A stretch of DNA of 64,000 bases from Octopus vulgaris (GCA_951406725.2 OX597817.1:3782001-3846000); one strand, 5' to 3'; positions 1-12,930 are shown, numbered from the stretch's first letter. The notes: a model not told the origin generated them from the sequence alone. Made by a program: numbers and translations.

Positions 1-102
1 CTGAATCATTGCAGCGTGGGACAGAATACTGTGTTGAATTTGTTCCGACTCATTTCACTCTGAGTTCAGAACTGACTGAGGTCAACTTTACCTTTCATCC
101 TT
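1..102 (+). mobile_element. Degenerate fragment of tRNA-derived SINE family 2
   Basis: tgagttcagaactgactgaggtcaactttacctttcatcctt resembles tgagttcaaaatccgccgaggtcgactttgcctttcatcctt in the intact copy at 39065-39300. Confidence 0.65.
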
Positions 103-412
103 ACGTGCTTACCACCAGCCCGCATAATCTCATAAATGAGATGACGAATCAACGGTGAAGATCCTTAACAATGTGAATAACTTTAACCTGTGTGTGTCAT
201 CACTCCACATCTTGCACATGTTGCAACACATGTTGCAACACATGTTGCAACTCGTTGTCCTGGTATAGTAATTTTTGTTTTTCACCTTGTTATTTGGTTT
301 AGAGCCTTGGTGCACACTGCGAAAGCACCTGCCCCAGTCACTCTTGTTATACCCTTAATACTATGTGTAGGGCATGTAGAAGTCTCTCCTAATTTCTTCG
401 AAAATACAGGTA

Positions 413-574
413 GGCGCAAGAGTGGGTGTGTGGTAAGTAGCTTGCTTACCAACCACATGGCTCCAAACTCAGTCCCACTGTGTGGCACCTGGGGCAAGTG
501 TCTTCTACTATAGCCTCGAGTCGACCAAAGCCTTGTGAGTCGATTTGGGAGGCGGAATCTGAAAGAAGCCCGTC

Positions 575-615
<41 letters not shown>

Positions 616-880
616 GAGAGAGAGAGAGTGAGAGAGAGAGAGAGAGAGATGTATGTGTGTGTATGAGTGTGTCTGTGTTTGTCCCCCCACTATCGCTTGA
701 CAACCGATGTTGGTGTTTTCACGTCCTCTTAACTTAGCGGTTCGGCAAAAGATATCGATAGAATAAGTACTAGGCTTACAAAGAATAAGTCCTGGGATCG
801 ATTTGTTCGACTAAAGGCGGCGCTCCAGCATGGCCGCAGTCAAATGCCTGAAACAAGTAAAAAGAATAAAAGAATAAAAG
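413..880 (+). mobile_element. Full-length tRNA-derived SINE family 1 (CORE-SINE-like) with internal (TA)n/(GA)n microsatellite
   Basis: tRNA-like head ggcgcaagagtgggtgtgtggtaag, CORE-like cctggggcaagtgtcttctactatagcctc and an (AAAAGAAT) tail. Same family at 27648-28067, 28764-29118 and 46349-46527. Confidence 0.9.
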
Positions 881-1510
881 TATAACTATCTCCCTTGCCC
901 TTTACTCGATGAAATTTTCGAGCGAGAGAAACTGTCTTTCATATTTTCGTTGTGGTAGCTGACCCATGATCGAGTATTACTTTCTTGATCAGAACACTCT
1001 TAAAAAATGAGTGACTAGTGCTGCTTTTGTTTGCAAGCTTAGCGTTCTTGTTCTCGTGCTTGTTCGAGCGTGAATGCTGAAGCATACAAACGTAACTTGC
1101 TGTGCAACTATCATTTCATTGTTTATCTAACATTTTTGGTCACATCTTTGTCTTTATATGTAAAATTTTCAATTTTCTCTTTTGATATTTTATAATCTTT
1201 TCCGATGCCGCCATGTTAGTGACAAGCGCCTCTTCCCGCTCTTTCGGAGGAAGCCATATTAAATCAAGAGCAAACGATGTTACCAAAGCAGAAATTCTAA
1301 AGAAAAAAAAACAAAAAATCTCAAAACACAATCCTTATTTTTCCATAAAAATTTAATGAGGCAGACGCTGAAACATTCAAAAGCCCTCTGTTGTCAAAAC
1401 AACGCAGAAAAAAAAAAAAAGAATCCCTTCCACCGATTAAATTTAGCAAATATAATTCTTTACCGCTATTGTATTATACACCTACGTTGGCTGCAACCAG
1501 CATTAACGAG

Positions 1511-1529
1511 CTACTGCTGCTGCTGCTAT

Positions 1530-1571
<42 letters not shown>

Positions 1572-1699
1572 CACTACCGCCGCCGACGCCGCCACCACTA
1601 CTACCGCCGCCACCACCACCACCACCACCACCACCACCACCACTACTACTACTACAGCAAATAATAATAATAATAGTAGTAATAATAATAATAATGATG

Positions 1700-1736
<37 letters not shown>

Positions 1737-1834
1737 TAATAATAATGATAATAATGATAATAATAATGATAATAATAATAATAACAATAATAATAATAAT
1801 AATAATGATAATAATAATAATAATAATAATAATG

Positions 1835-1881
<47 letters not shown>
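1511..1881. repeat. Compound trinucleotide microsatellite (CTA/CTG/CCA/CCG)n followed by (AAT)n
   Basis: Directly visible. Source of the poly-Y/H/L/P/I pseudo-ORFs. Confidence 0.97.
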
Positions 1882-1882
1882 C

Positions 1883-2012
1883 GTTTCTACTATAGGTACA
1901 AGGCCTGAAATTTTAAGGTAGAATCTAGTCAATTACATCGACCTCTGCTTGAGTAGTGCTTATTATATCGACCCCGAAAGGATGAAAGGTACAGCCAAAC
2001 TTTGTGGAATTT
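1883..2012 (-). mobile_element. SINE family 2 variant, degenerate 3' part
   Basis: tatcgaccccgaaaggatgaaagg is the reverse complement of the family-2 central box. Confidence 0.7.
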
Positions 2013-2278
2013 TCTAGCACATACCCAAAACGCTACTAAATATTCTTTCCGGTGTTCACGCCATCACTGGTTTCAAGATTTGACAGAAGACCAACACTTT
2101 GAGGAGAATGATTAAGTCGATATTATCAACACTAGCACCTGACGGATGTTTTATCTTGTCACCACCGAAAGGATCAAAGCGAAATTTGACCGCAGCGAAC
2201 TTTGAACGCAGACCACGAGTCGTCTGAAGATATGTTGCAAGGTATTTTTGTGACATTCTGGCAGCTAACGCATCCAGT

Positions 2279-2343
<65 letters not shown>
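2279..2343. repeat. (GAT)n microsatellite
   Basis: Directly visible. Confidence 0.97.
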
Positions 2344-2344
2344 C

Positions 2345-2879
2345 TGTGATACAGTGCCAGGCACTGCTTTCATGGCTTCTGATATTAACTGGTCGGAAGT
2401 ATTATCATGTATATTGTCTTGTTTTGGTATAAAAGATGGGCTACAGCAAATATTCTCCTCAGTACCGCGGATTTGCTTGTCAATTGTTTGACTTTAACCA
2501 GTGGAGCATGTCCCTTAGTGGCTGACGATATGTGCATCTCTGATCACGAGCATAAATAGTGGAGGAGCATTATAGTTATGTGTAGAGAGGAATTCTTTGA
2601 GGTTTGAATAATTCACCATTGAAAACATGGCTGTTTCATTCAACATCCTCAAGTAACCCTTATTCAAAGACCATTTGAGCGGGATGGGCGGCTCGACCTG
2701 GAGAAAATTCTAACTGCTCCTCACCTGCAAGGTAATGAGATTACCATGTTGCGTACATATGGTTGTGACCCATATGCTTGGTGTATCCTTATTAGATGCA
2801 TAGTCCTGAAGGGTAAACAGAGATTCGTACATTCTACCCTGGTGTTACTTTGATGGCATACACTCTTCTCTTACTCATT
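2345..2879 (+). mobile_element. Non-coding interspersed repeat, copy 1 (unclassified, ends in (AAT)n)
   Basis: Aligns co-linearly with 63122-63517 (shared gggctacagc-aatattct, gagcatgtccct, aattctttgaggtttgaataattcacc, gagcgggatgggc). No ORF. Confidence 0.8.
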
Positions 2880-2914
2880 AATAATAATGATAATAATAAT
2901 AATAATAATAATAA

Positions 2915-3512
2915 TACCTGGATTTGCCCAATGAAAAAAATTGGTGGAAACACAATCCACCTCCAGTGCTTGAAAATGACCACATCTCACTCCTCTGGAA
3001 CTTCACCATTCAAACTGGCCAGACATCATATTGAATGACTTCAGACAAAGATCATGCCTCCTCATTGATATGACTGTCCCATTCGATATAAACGTATCTG
3101 TCAAGTCCTACCAAAAACTGAGCAAATATAAAGATCTTGAAATAGAAATCAGCAAAATGTGGAACCTGAAGACTAAAACAATACCTGTTGTCATAGGTGC
3201 CCTGGGAATGATAGCGAAAGGGGCTGATTGCTACCTAACTCAGATACCAGGAAACCCCAAAATGGCTGAAATTCAAAAGATAGTGCTCATGGGAACTGCT
3301 CATATCCTACGCAAAATGCTCTCTATGTAGTCACAAGGTTTAAAACAATTTTTTTTTATGCATTAGACATTCACTAGTACAACACCAAACCCCCCACCCA
3401 AATATATGGCACACTAGGCATAACAACAACGTGAACTTCCAACCTGTTGTCTCTTGAGGTCTCTGGATGAGACTTGGTGCCAACTTGTACAGACATAAAG
3501 CAAAAGTCAAAC

Positions 3513-3513
<1 letters not shown>
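2915..3513 (+). mobile_element. R4/Dong-clade non-LTR retrotransposon family A, 3' fragment (RLE endonuclease plus 3' UTR)
   Basis: ORF 3031-3330 CLLIDMTVPFDINVSVKSYQKLSKYKDL..IPVVIGALG (PD..D-type RLE C-terminus). Nearly identical to 61638-62117. Flanked by (AAT)n. Confidence 0.9.
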
Positions 3514-3560
<47 letters not shown>

Positions 3561-3576
3561 TAATAGTAATAATAAT

Positions 3577-5201
3577 ATCAAGGTAGAGGATGTAAAACCT
3601 GCTCTCAGAAAGTTAAGCAAACGGAAGTCTCCAGGAAAGGATAAAATTCTTAACTTCTGGTTGAATATCTTCCCAGAGAGTCATGAACTGCTAACAAAAC
3701 ATTACAACAATGTTTTCAACAACCTAGTATGATTCCCACTTGGCAAGTTAATGATGTAACATTCCGACTTCGAAAACATGAAGAAACAAATGAACCAAAA
3801 ACTATGAGACTCATAGCCTGCCTAACAACAATGTATAAAATAATAACAACCGTTTGACTGAATATACCTATAGTTTTTTTTTTAAATAAAAAGCGGCATA
3901 TTCCATAATGATAAAAAAATGATGTAAACGTGGGTCATATGGTTGTAAAGATCAGCTACTCATCAATAAGATGATGTTCGAAGATAGTCACAAACGACAC
4001 AAAAACTATCGATAGCCTGAGTAGACTATAAAAAAGCTTTTGATAGTCTATCACAGAGCTGGATTAAGTAACGCCTGGATATGTATAAAATAACACTTAA
4101 TCTGCGAAACTTCTTGTCTGTAAGTATGGGATTATGGAGAACCGCACCTTGAACAGTGACAATAAATCCGTCAATGCTGGAGATGTAAGAATTTCATGTG
4201 CCGCTCTTCTTTTGTCTAGCCTTAATAGCTCTCTCGAAATTGTTCGATGATGTACAATATGGCCATAAAATGTTTGATAAAAATATAAATTATCTCTTTT
4301 ACATAGATAATTTAAAACTCTTTGCAAAAATGGCCAACAACAAAAAGGTTTACTAGCAATTGTTAAACGGTTCAGTGATGACATCACGATGCAATTTGGC
4401 CTCGATAAATGTTCAAAAGGCAAAATGGTAGAAACATCCAACGCTGATCTTGTCCAGGAGAATGTCATAAATGAGTTAGAACTAGCGGAGAGCTGCAAAT
4501 ACCTAGGGGTATTTGATGGTGATGGAATAAAACACACAATGACGATGGAAAGGATCAAAAGAGAGTAAGGTCAATATTCAAGACATAGCTGAATGCAAGA
4601 AACAAGATCGAAATAATCAATACTTTAGCCATACTAGTCGTGACTTGCAGTTTCACTATTATTAACTAGTCAATTACTGAAATATGTCATCTTGACAGAA
4701 AAATATGAACATTTTTGACAACGCATAGAATGCATCACCCTAAGGCAGATATAGAACGAATTTACCTGCCGAGAAAAGAGGGTGGCAGTGGACATTTACA
4801 ACCACAACTAACAATAAAGATTTCCACAATCGGCCTAGACACCTACCTGAAAAACTCTGAGGACTGGATGTTAAAACTTGTCTCAAAACATGAAAAAAGA
4901 AAGCATCATACTCAGTAACAAAACAGGCAAAGGAATATCTAAATGAATTCCAACTACAACAAATCCCAGAATTAGACGCACTGGAGACATGTACACAAAT
5001 ATCTAAACGTATGAAAAGCCGTGCTAAAACTACTGCCTTAGATATTCTTATTGATAAATGGGGGAAAAAACTCTCAATGGCAAATACTCAAAGAGAGCAA
5101 ATAATGCCGATGTTGACAAAGATCTTACCCATTAATGGTTAGCGTCTTCTGGCTTATAAATCAGAAACAGAAGGGTTTGTCATAGCAGCCCAAGATCAAT
5201 G
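3577..5201 (+). mobile_element. R4/Dong family A reverse-transcriptase region, frameshifted and truncated at both ends
   Basis: Translated motifs KSPGKDKI.NFW, IACLTTMYK, GCKRGSYGCKDQLLINK, DYKKAFDS, LFYIDNLKLF (YxDD equivalent), QFGLDKC, HRMHHPKADIERIYLPRKEGG and SETEGFVIAAQDQC. Confidence 0.9.
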
Positions 5202-6554
5202 CGGTTACCATCAGAAGAGACCATGGGCGAACCCGACGGTAGTGGGTTTAGATATTTAGGGATTTTAGAGCTGGATGACATTCTACACAGAGAAATGAAA
5301 GTCAAGGTCAGCGAAGCGAATCAAAGAAGTATGAAGATGCTGTTGAAATCCAGCCTGAATGCCAAAAAATTGATTACCGCAATGAATATCTGGGCAGTTG
5401 CTGTGGTCAGATATAGTGCGTCCATCCTCAAATAGACTTAGGAGGAAATATCAACGCTGGATAGAAGAACGAGAAAGTTGATGACGCTGCATGCGGCGCT
5501 ACACCCTAAAGTAAACGTAAACAGACTGTATATGAAACGAAAGAATAGTGGCAGAGGACTAATTAGTATTGACCATTGTATAATGAGTGAAAGGAGAACG
5601 TCTGCCGAGGATTTGATAAATAGTGATTAAGGTCTGCTGCAATATGCCGCAAAAGATATGGGTGTAAATGCAGATGAAATGAAGGGCAAGGAGGAGTTTA
5701 AAGAAAGAACTGGGAAGAAAATTGAAGAAAAATGAGAATGCAAGGACATTTTGAAAGGAATACACAGAGTGTTACGGATAATACAGCATTGGTGATTGGT
5801 GAGGTGATTTAAAGTGTACCACCGAAGACCCGATTATTGCTTCACAAGACCAGGCTCTCGCCACTAATTCAGTGAAGTATAACATCTATGAAACTTCTGA
5901 CACCCAGAAATGCAGACTCTGTGGAAAGAGTGTGGAAAATGTGACCCACTCGGTAAGTGGATGTGAGAGTTTTGCACAAAAAGAATGCACCACACGCCGC
6001 CACGATAAAGTGTGTGTGTATCTTCATTGGCTCTTATGCCGTAAATATCAATATGAAGTAACAGAGAACTGGTATGAGCGTGTACCAAGTAAAGTTATGC
6101 AGGAGGATGGAAAACTAACGATACTCTGGGACTATGATTTTCAGACGGATCGTATAATCGAACACCATCGACCGGATATTGTCGTATTGAATAAGAGAGA
6201 CAAATACTGTCAGATCATTGATGAAGCCATACCAAATGACATGAATGTTGTGAGTAAAGAGGCTGAAAAAATCAAGTACTCCGAATTGAAAGTGGAAATG
6301 GCAAGACTGTATGGAATGCGAGAGGGCAATGTAAAAGTGATACCAGTGGTGAACGGTGGGTTGGGCTCAGTCCCATTGAAACTTCAAGACTTCTTAAGGC
6401 AGCAGGACATCCCATGCAAGATCGATGTCTTGCAAAAAGCAGCCTTATTGGGCACAGCGCACATATAAAGGAAAGTATCATCTGCCTGAGGTCCTTGTGA
6501 TTTGACAGATGACTAGAAACTCCCGTGTATTTTTACCTACACTGTGTTACGAAG

Positions 6555-6556
<2 letters not shown>
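5202..6556 (+). mobile_element. R4/Dong family B, RT C-terminus, CCHC knuckle and RLE plus 3' UTR (decayed)
   Basis: FRYLGILE..LNAKKLITAMNIWAVAVVRYS (5199-5435). CRLC..ENVTH...C..RHDKV and RPDIVV..IIDEAIP..EKIKY (5872-6468). Followed by (AAT)n at 6557-6602. Confidence 0.9.
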
Positions 6557-6601
<45 letters not shown>

Positions 6602-6639
6602 GGGGAAAGTTAGATGATTGCATCTTTGATAGGTAGATA

Positions 6640-6768
6640 TATCATCGACCCCAAAGTGTTGAAAAGCAAACTCCACTGCGGCGGCGGAATTTGATCTCAG
6701 AACAATATGACAGACAAAATGCGACTAAGTCTTTTGTCCGTTTTAACGATTCTGCCAGCTCATTGCCT
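6640..6768 (-). mobile_element. SINE family 2, degenerate
   Basis: atcgaccccaaag..ggcggaatttgatctcagaac..aacgattctgccagctc is the reverse complement of the family-2 head and central box. Confidence 0.65.
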
Positions 6769-8499
6769 TTATTTACTTCAAATTTTGGGACAAAATTCTT
6801 AGTTGGAGTATTTGATCGATAGCATCAAGCCTAATACTTTAATAGAACTTTATTTTATTGAACTCGAAAGGATGAAAGCAAAGTTGATCGCAGTGGTCAC
6901 TCAACCTATTTCTGCAGTGAAAACCTTTTCAGTTATCAGAATTGTGTGTTATAATCAAATAATAATGTCCTTCTTATGTGTCTCTGATTTCAGTAGTGTA
7001 CTCAATTCTGGTTGATAGAACTAAGAATGTTTCCATTCTGTACCCATATGTAGTTATGTCCTCCAGTCCACGGGATTCACACCTAATATTACTTCTTATC
7101 GTTAACCGTATCTCAGCTGCTGTTATTGGCTTTTCGCATCACTTCATGGAAATCCGTTAAGGTGGACATAAAAATCCACTTCTGTTTCTATTCCACCATA
7201 TATCCGAGGAGATAAACAATATTCCGCTGGAAAGCCGCACGCATGCGTCCCTAATGCGGTTCATTAATAACTAAATTATGATTTTTTTTGTATATGTTGT
7301 ACTCTAATCACAACAGTCTATTTAATACTTGCCGATCTGATCCCAAATTGATAATCTGAGGATCAGCTGAAATAAAGTTGTGGACCCACTTCCGTATCTG
7401 AATGCGCTAACCTCAGAAATACGTCATTTAAGTACGATACTGATGCCCAGTTACAGTTTCTACTTGTCTACAGCCGCATTCACCCAATTTAGACAGTGTA
7501 GTTTAGACATTTCGAATGTGTAACAATTATCCACTCTAATCTTTTACCTGAGCTTACATAATCTCAGTTTGAGTCTACAAGTGATTTCACTTCTTTGCTA
7601 GTACTAAACAGTGAGATATTATGAAGAATAATGTGAGATTCCCGCGGCTTCCCTGTCCTAGTCGGAACGCAGAGAGACAGCTTCAGCCGCTTGTTATTAC
7701 GTATTTATCTGTATTTTAGGAAACATTGGTGTGCATAATTACTGCTGTTTTGCTGTTTTGCTAAAAACCTGTTTCTATAGATGGGGCCAAAGTGAAAAAA
7801 ATATTGAACAAATCAAAATGGAGTTAGGATCAATATTTATCATCTCTGCCGCACTCTGGAAGTTTATGAGAAAAGGATATGCTTTTCGTTCTTTTTATGG
7901 TTGTTTATGCGTCTTCCTCTTGTTGTTTTCATGGGGTGTGGTAGTTGTCCGGTGGTAGTGACGGTTGGGTCGTTGGTAATAGGTAACTGGTCAGTGGGTA
8001 CTTTGCTGTCCCGTACAATATTTGGCTTATTCTTCAAACCTTGCCATTGACTCTCTTTTCCATATCGCTTTGACAAAAATAACAACTTGCAATAAGATTT
8101 TTATGACCTTGTCGCACAGATGTCTCTGCCGGATATGTTTGATATAAACTGAATAGGTACGAGTGAATATGTGTATGTGCTTGTATGCTTCTGTAGTCGT
8201 CTGATAGTTTTGGTGGAGTTGTAGGATATTAAGACTGTGAAGATTTCTACTGTCACTGCTGTTTTGAGATATTGAGTTGGTGGTGGTGTTATCATTTTTG
8301 AGAATTTTTTTCTCTTTATTGTTGATGTTTTTTTTTTGTAGTTCCACCTAGTGTTGTAGGTAGTGTTTTTGTTGTAGATATTCCTGTAATTGTAGAATTG
8401 GTAGCAGTATGGGCCATTCCTATAGGGTCTTCTTTAGTACTCTAGTGGACGCTGCTATAATACGGGTCATAGCTGTTTTCTACCTTCCATTTTACCAAG

Positions 8500-8670
8500 C
8501 TGCTGAGTGGCCTTATCGAGATTCACTTCATCCGTTATATTATCTATATTTTGACTGATCTATTCCGACGACTGCTCTATTATTCACGCAGAAATATCAC
8601 CATTTTTCGTGTCCTAGAAATCAGACTAGATATCTTGGGGAAGCTCCAGAATAAACTGAATTCAAGGTAA
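8500..8670 (+). mobile_element. Possible highly decayed CR1/L2-type RT fragment
   Basis: Translation ..IIYILTDL..ITIFRVLE..KLQNKLN loosely matches the FIIYINDL..TKIFR..LQ.DL pattern. Weak. Confidence 0.3.
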
Positions 8671-8750
8671 ACGGAAATATATTACTACAATATATTACTA
8701 CATAATATACTACTATAGTAGTGCGTACTCTTCCCCACGTTTGTTTGTGT

Positions 8751-8759
8751 CACACACAG

Positions 8760-8819
<60 letters not shown>
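8751..8819. repeat. (CA)n microsatellite
   Basis: Directly visible. Confidence 0.97.
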
Positions 8820-8820
<1 letters not shown>

Positions 8821-10534
8821 TTCTCTGTGTGTTTTTATATGTGGGGATACATGTATGGAATAAAATGAAAGCAGAAAAATGTAGTTCGGATGTCGAGAAT
8901 ATTACACATATCAATTTCCAAAGTGTATGAGCATCAAAGAGAAAATACAGTTGTATATTTATGAGTATCCTGCCTTCCTAAGGAAGATCAATATAACATA
9001 TTTGAATTGAATATAAGTTTTTGTATTATTTTTAATTGCGAGTATATTAATTAAGAATTCAATATTTTCAATCGGGATTGAAACATGCTTCATTAAATAC
9101 ATGTGTTTGTATCTGTTAAACAGATAATCTGATCATATGTGTGTTCTGTATATCAGAATAATGACTGAATTCTTACCCGATACTCTGTGTTTCAAAATTG
9201 CTTTTTGGATCGATTAAATTCATTTATTAACAAAACAGTCCATTTTTTCTATATTAAATCTTATTTCAAATCTTACGTTTTTAATGTCCCCGTGTTTATG
9301 TATTTACCAGCTGTATTGATAAAGAAACTGACTTAGTTGGTTAGATAAGAAACAAATATTAATTTGGAATGTAATCGTAAACATATTTGAACCGAAAATT
9401 ATATTATTCATCTAATTAGATAGACTTATCTGAAATAGAAATAATCCATTATAATCCAAATAATCCATTAGATGGGCCCTAATATATAATATACTAGCAA
9501 TTTCATAATGTATAAAACAGAAGGACAAGTGAAAACTGGACTTGATTCAAACTGTTGATTACATGGTACAAGCAACCGGCATATCTAAATTGCTATGTCT
9601 TGTACTGCGACTTTGACTTTACTAAGCTTTATATAGTGGGTAAACAGTATTAAGCAGTTACCGATGCATTATCATCTATAATTCATATAACAGTTGCTGT
9701 TTCTATGAGTTGCTTAGCTGTATATTACCTGATGCACGCTGTTCTTTCTCTCATCATTCTCACTACCCCATAACGCCAAGCTTTCCTTGTTTCAATTTCA
9801 AACTGATCATTTTCTGCAGTACCTTGACCAAAATGAGAAGGCTTCTAAGAACTATGCTCAAAGAACAGTTCCACTTCATATTAGGTTAAGGTAAAGATTT
9901 TAGAAGATGAATAGCCTGGATCGATTCTCTAGCTGTGTATAATAAGTATATATTTTATTGGTTCTGAAAGAATGAAAATTGATGAACATAAAGGATTTTA
10001 GGATATAGAATTACTACGTAACGATGCAAGCAACACACTTCTTATGTCACTCTACTCTACATAAAGCGACATCAGAATAAAGAAAGTAACAGTACAAAAA
10101 TGTAAACGAAAACGAATGGCAACAAAATGGAGAGTCTAAAATTAAATGAAGGCACTGATTATGTTATTCAACTTTCTATTTTCCCTTTTATTTCGTCTTC
10201 AATTAAAAGTATCAGTAAAGTGTTAAGTTTACAAAATATTTTAGTTTGCTCTGTTCTTCATTGTTGTCGTTCTTAGTACTTCAGCGTTGGTTTGTGTTCT
10301 ATTCATGATACTTTCAAATGTCTTCTAAATGCGCACAGGCAATATATTTGATATTTTATATAATACTCGGGTTTCAGCTCAGTGTGCTAGACTGTATTAT
10401 GCGACACATTATAGAAATATCTGTCCTGGTTTCGATAATGATATTTCTGGATGTTGGTACACTTAGCATTTTTAGAGGATTTTCTGGATATCAAAGTAAT
10501 TTCGATTAAAACCAGAATTTTTCTGTCTTCAGAT

Positions 10535-11200
10535 TGTAAATACCAGAAGTGTATTATCTTCAGTGTCTGTTATAGTATCAAAGAACCCCAAAGCACAGGA
10601 GTGTATTGTAATTAGATCCATAAACCTATTGAATCTTATGACTAAGCTATGACATCATCCACATATGAAGAATATTTCAAATGCAAAGTTGTGAGGAAAA
10701 GAATGGGAATTCCTCAGTGATATTTAACTTATAATTCATATGCGAAACGACTCTAGTTGTTAATCGAGATGCCTATATGTGTTTCATAGAATATGTCAAG
10801 GCGATTGACACAGGAAACATGAAAAAGCGATAGGAATGTCTATTAGAACACGAGATCTGTCGTAATAGCCAAAAAGCAACAAAAATGTACGTGGAACAAA
10901 CATTGGTGATAAGACCTGAATTAAAGAAAACATCAGAATTTAAAATTAAGAATAGATTCAGGCAAAGTTGTATACTGTATTCTGACCTAATTATCCTACA
11001 AAGCGAGTTCTTTAGAAAGGGAGACGTATCTGCAGAGTTTAAACGTATAAAGGTATCTTATTGTGTAGATAATACTGCTTTATAAACTTTGAAAAGATGA
11101 CCAACAAAACTTGGAAAGAATAGTAAATGAAAGAGGAATACTTTATGGAATGGTACTATATGTAAAGAAAACAGAATCGGTGGCACTGAGAAAGAAATAA
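10535..11200 (+). mobile_element. Decayed RTE-clade LINE reverse-transcriptase relic
   Basis: KNPKAQEC..IRSINLLN, YMCFIEYVKAID, FKIKNRFRQSCILYSDL (GVRQGCILSP equivalent), YCVDNTAL (YADD equivalent) and YGMVLYVKKTE occur in RT order. Confidence 0.7.
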
Positions 11201-12112
11201 CTGCCAGCCAGAAGAAAATAACAACTGAGGTAAACAACCAGCATTTAATAATTATATAACCTATCGATTACTGAAACTAGTGAACTGCGTGATTCAAGAC
11301 AAGACAAATTTGGTTACTGGAAGGATAGATTTACGGGACAAAGTTATATGACATTTTTGATATACGTACACTTAGCCATTCTATCTGTACCAGAGAACGA
11401 GACTCCACTCAGGTCTTTGGGCGGGATTATACCTTGAATTTGATTCTATTGTTTATGAATAGTTGTCGCTTTATGTGTTAAATGTTTTTATATGAAATTC
11501 GGGAAAGATTGCACAAAAAATAAAAATATATGAAAGGGAATGGGGGAAATGGCTATTAGATCATAAAATAACATTTATAGAAAATAATTTTAATAGATTG
11601 CTAGGTTTGAAATTTCTTATCTTATTATCGAGTTTATAGTGTACTATAACAGAGAATGAGACGAGAATAAATGTTTGGAAATTGATGTTTCAAAGTAAGT
11701 GCTGAATTGATTATCGACAAAGATCATATTTTCATAAAACGCAGCGCCATGTCAAAACAATGCTCATAAGTTATCCTTAATTATTGATGCTACTTTGAGA
11801 TATTTAAGGACATCACGCTTTCATTTTGAATTATTAAAGTTCTATATGTGAGAAAATGGTACATGAAATGGATGTGAAGTAATAAATTTCTAGGTTATAT
11901 ATATATATAATATAATTAATATAAACAGCAATTTGCAATGTTTCAAGAAAACGGACAATTCTAATTGTCACTAAATGTGACTAGGGTGTTAGAAATACCT
12001 ATATTGCTAGCAATAAGAGCTAAAATTCTCTAATTCTGTAGTCAACGCACATAAATATAAACATATATACTAACAGGGACCTTAATCGTCGGAAAAATGC
12101 CGATCGAGAATT

Positions 12113-12162
12113 CCCAATACTGACATCAGTTTCGGCTATTTCCGTTGCCTCATCAGTTAGGG
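12113..12162 (-). ncRNA. Minimal type-I hammerhead-ribozyme-like motif (canonical core, imperfect helix I)
   Basis: Minus strand reads ccctaa CUGAUGA ggc-aacggaaaua-gcc GAAAC ugau GUC aguauuggg. Confidence 0.6.
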
Positions 12163-12349
12163 CTGGCTCGAACTTCAGTTCTTTCCGGAGTCGCTTCTCT
12201 ATAAGTATATATATTTATGTAATCCAAATCAATGGATGATTTAGCGATTTGCCAGTGTAGATACATAAATTTAATATAAACAGCAGTCTGCAATGCTTCA
12301 CGAAAAAAGAGAATTACAATTGTCCGGATTAATTTCCGATTATTCTGTA

Positions 12350-12930
12350 AGTTCACGACACGCTTTCAGTCGTAGCTGCATTTCATCTTCCGTGAGCAAG
12401 CGAGACACAAATTTGCTGCAACTCTTTTCGTTCGCAATTCCTCGCTCAAAATTCGCTGACAGGAGCTCGAAGACACACCAGTTGTATCAACAACTTCGTC
12501 GATTGCTCGGCGACGGTCCTCCAAAATCATTTAGTGATGTTTTCATTTGTTGGGGAAGTGGACGGTTGCCCAAACGAGGTTGGTCTTCAAGTGACCAGTA
12601 ACCATTTCTAAAGCCTGAAAACCACTCGTAAACGTGTGTTTTGCACATGGAAGCACCCTTGTCAGCTTTTGGGAATGACGACTGTTTCGGTCGCCGTTTT
12701 CCCCGGCATAAAACTGAATTTTACAGAAGCACCCTGTTCCTTCGTTTCAGCCATCGCACAAAATGAGGAACAGGGGAAAAGCACTGCAAAACAAATAGGT
12801 ACCTCGTGGCAGTCGGTCGGCATACCGATGCCTGAGTGTTACATCAAGTGGGTCCTAGCGGCATAATCCTGAAGTAGAACGGGCTTGTCCCACAGAGAAC
12901 ATTTCCGGTTACTTTTGTGTACCTCCTCGT
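12350..12930 (-). mobile_element. mariner DNA transposon, 5' half (TIR plus transposase N-terminus, pseudogenised)
   Basis: ATG at 12754 gives MAETKEQGASVKFSF..GKTATETVV. Also VYEWFSGF..SLEDQPR, EDRRRAIDEV and CQRILSEELRTKRVAA. TIR-like acgaggaggtacacaaaagtaaccggaa ends near 12930. Confidence 0.85.

Noticed and set aside
1356-1932. Long ORFs of poly-I/L/P/Y/H, and the many IYIY, YVCM, LSIY and THTH ORFs elsewhere
   Set aside because: They are translations of microsatellites, with no domain content or splice evidence
6980-8430. Possible decayed LINE and Penelope coding relics on the minus strand
   Set aside because: Only vague similarity and no diagnostic motif. Needs a translated HMM search
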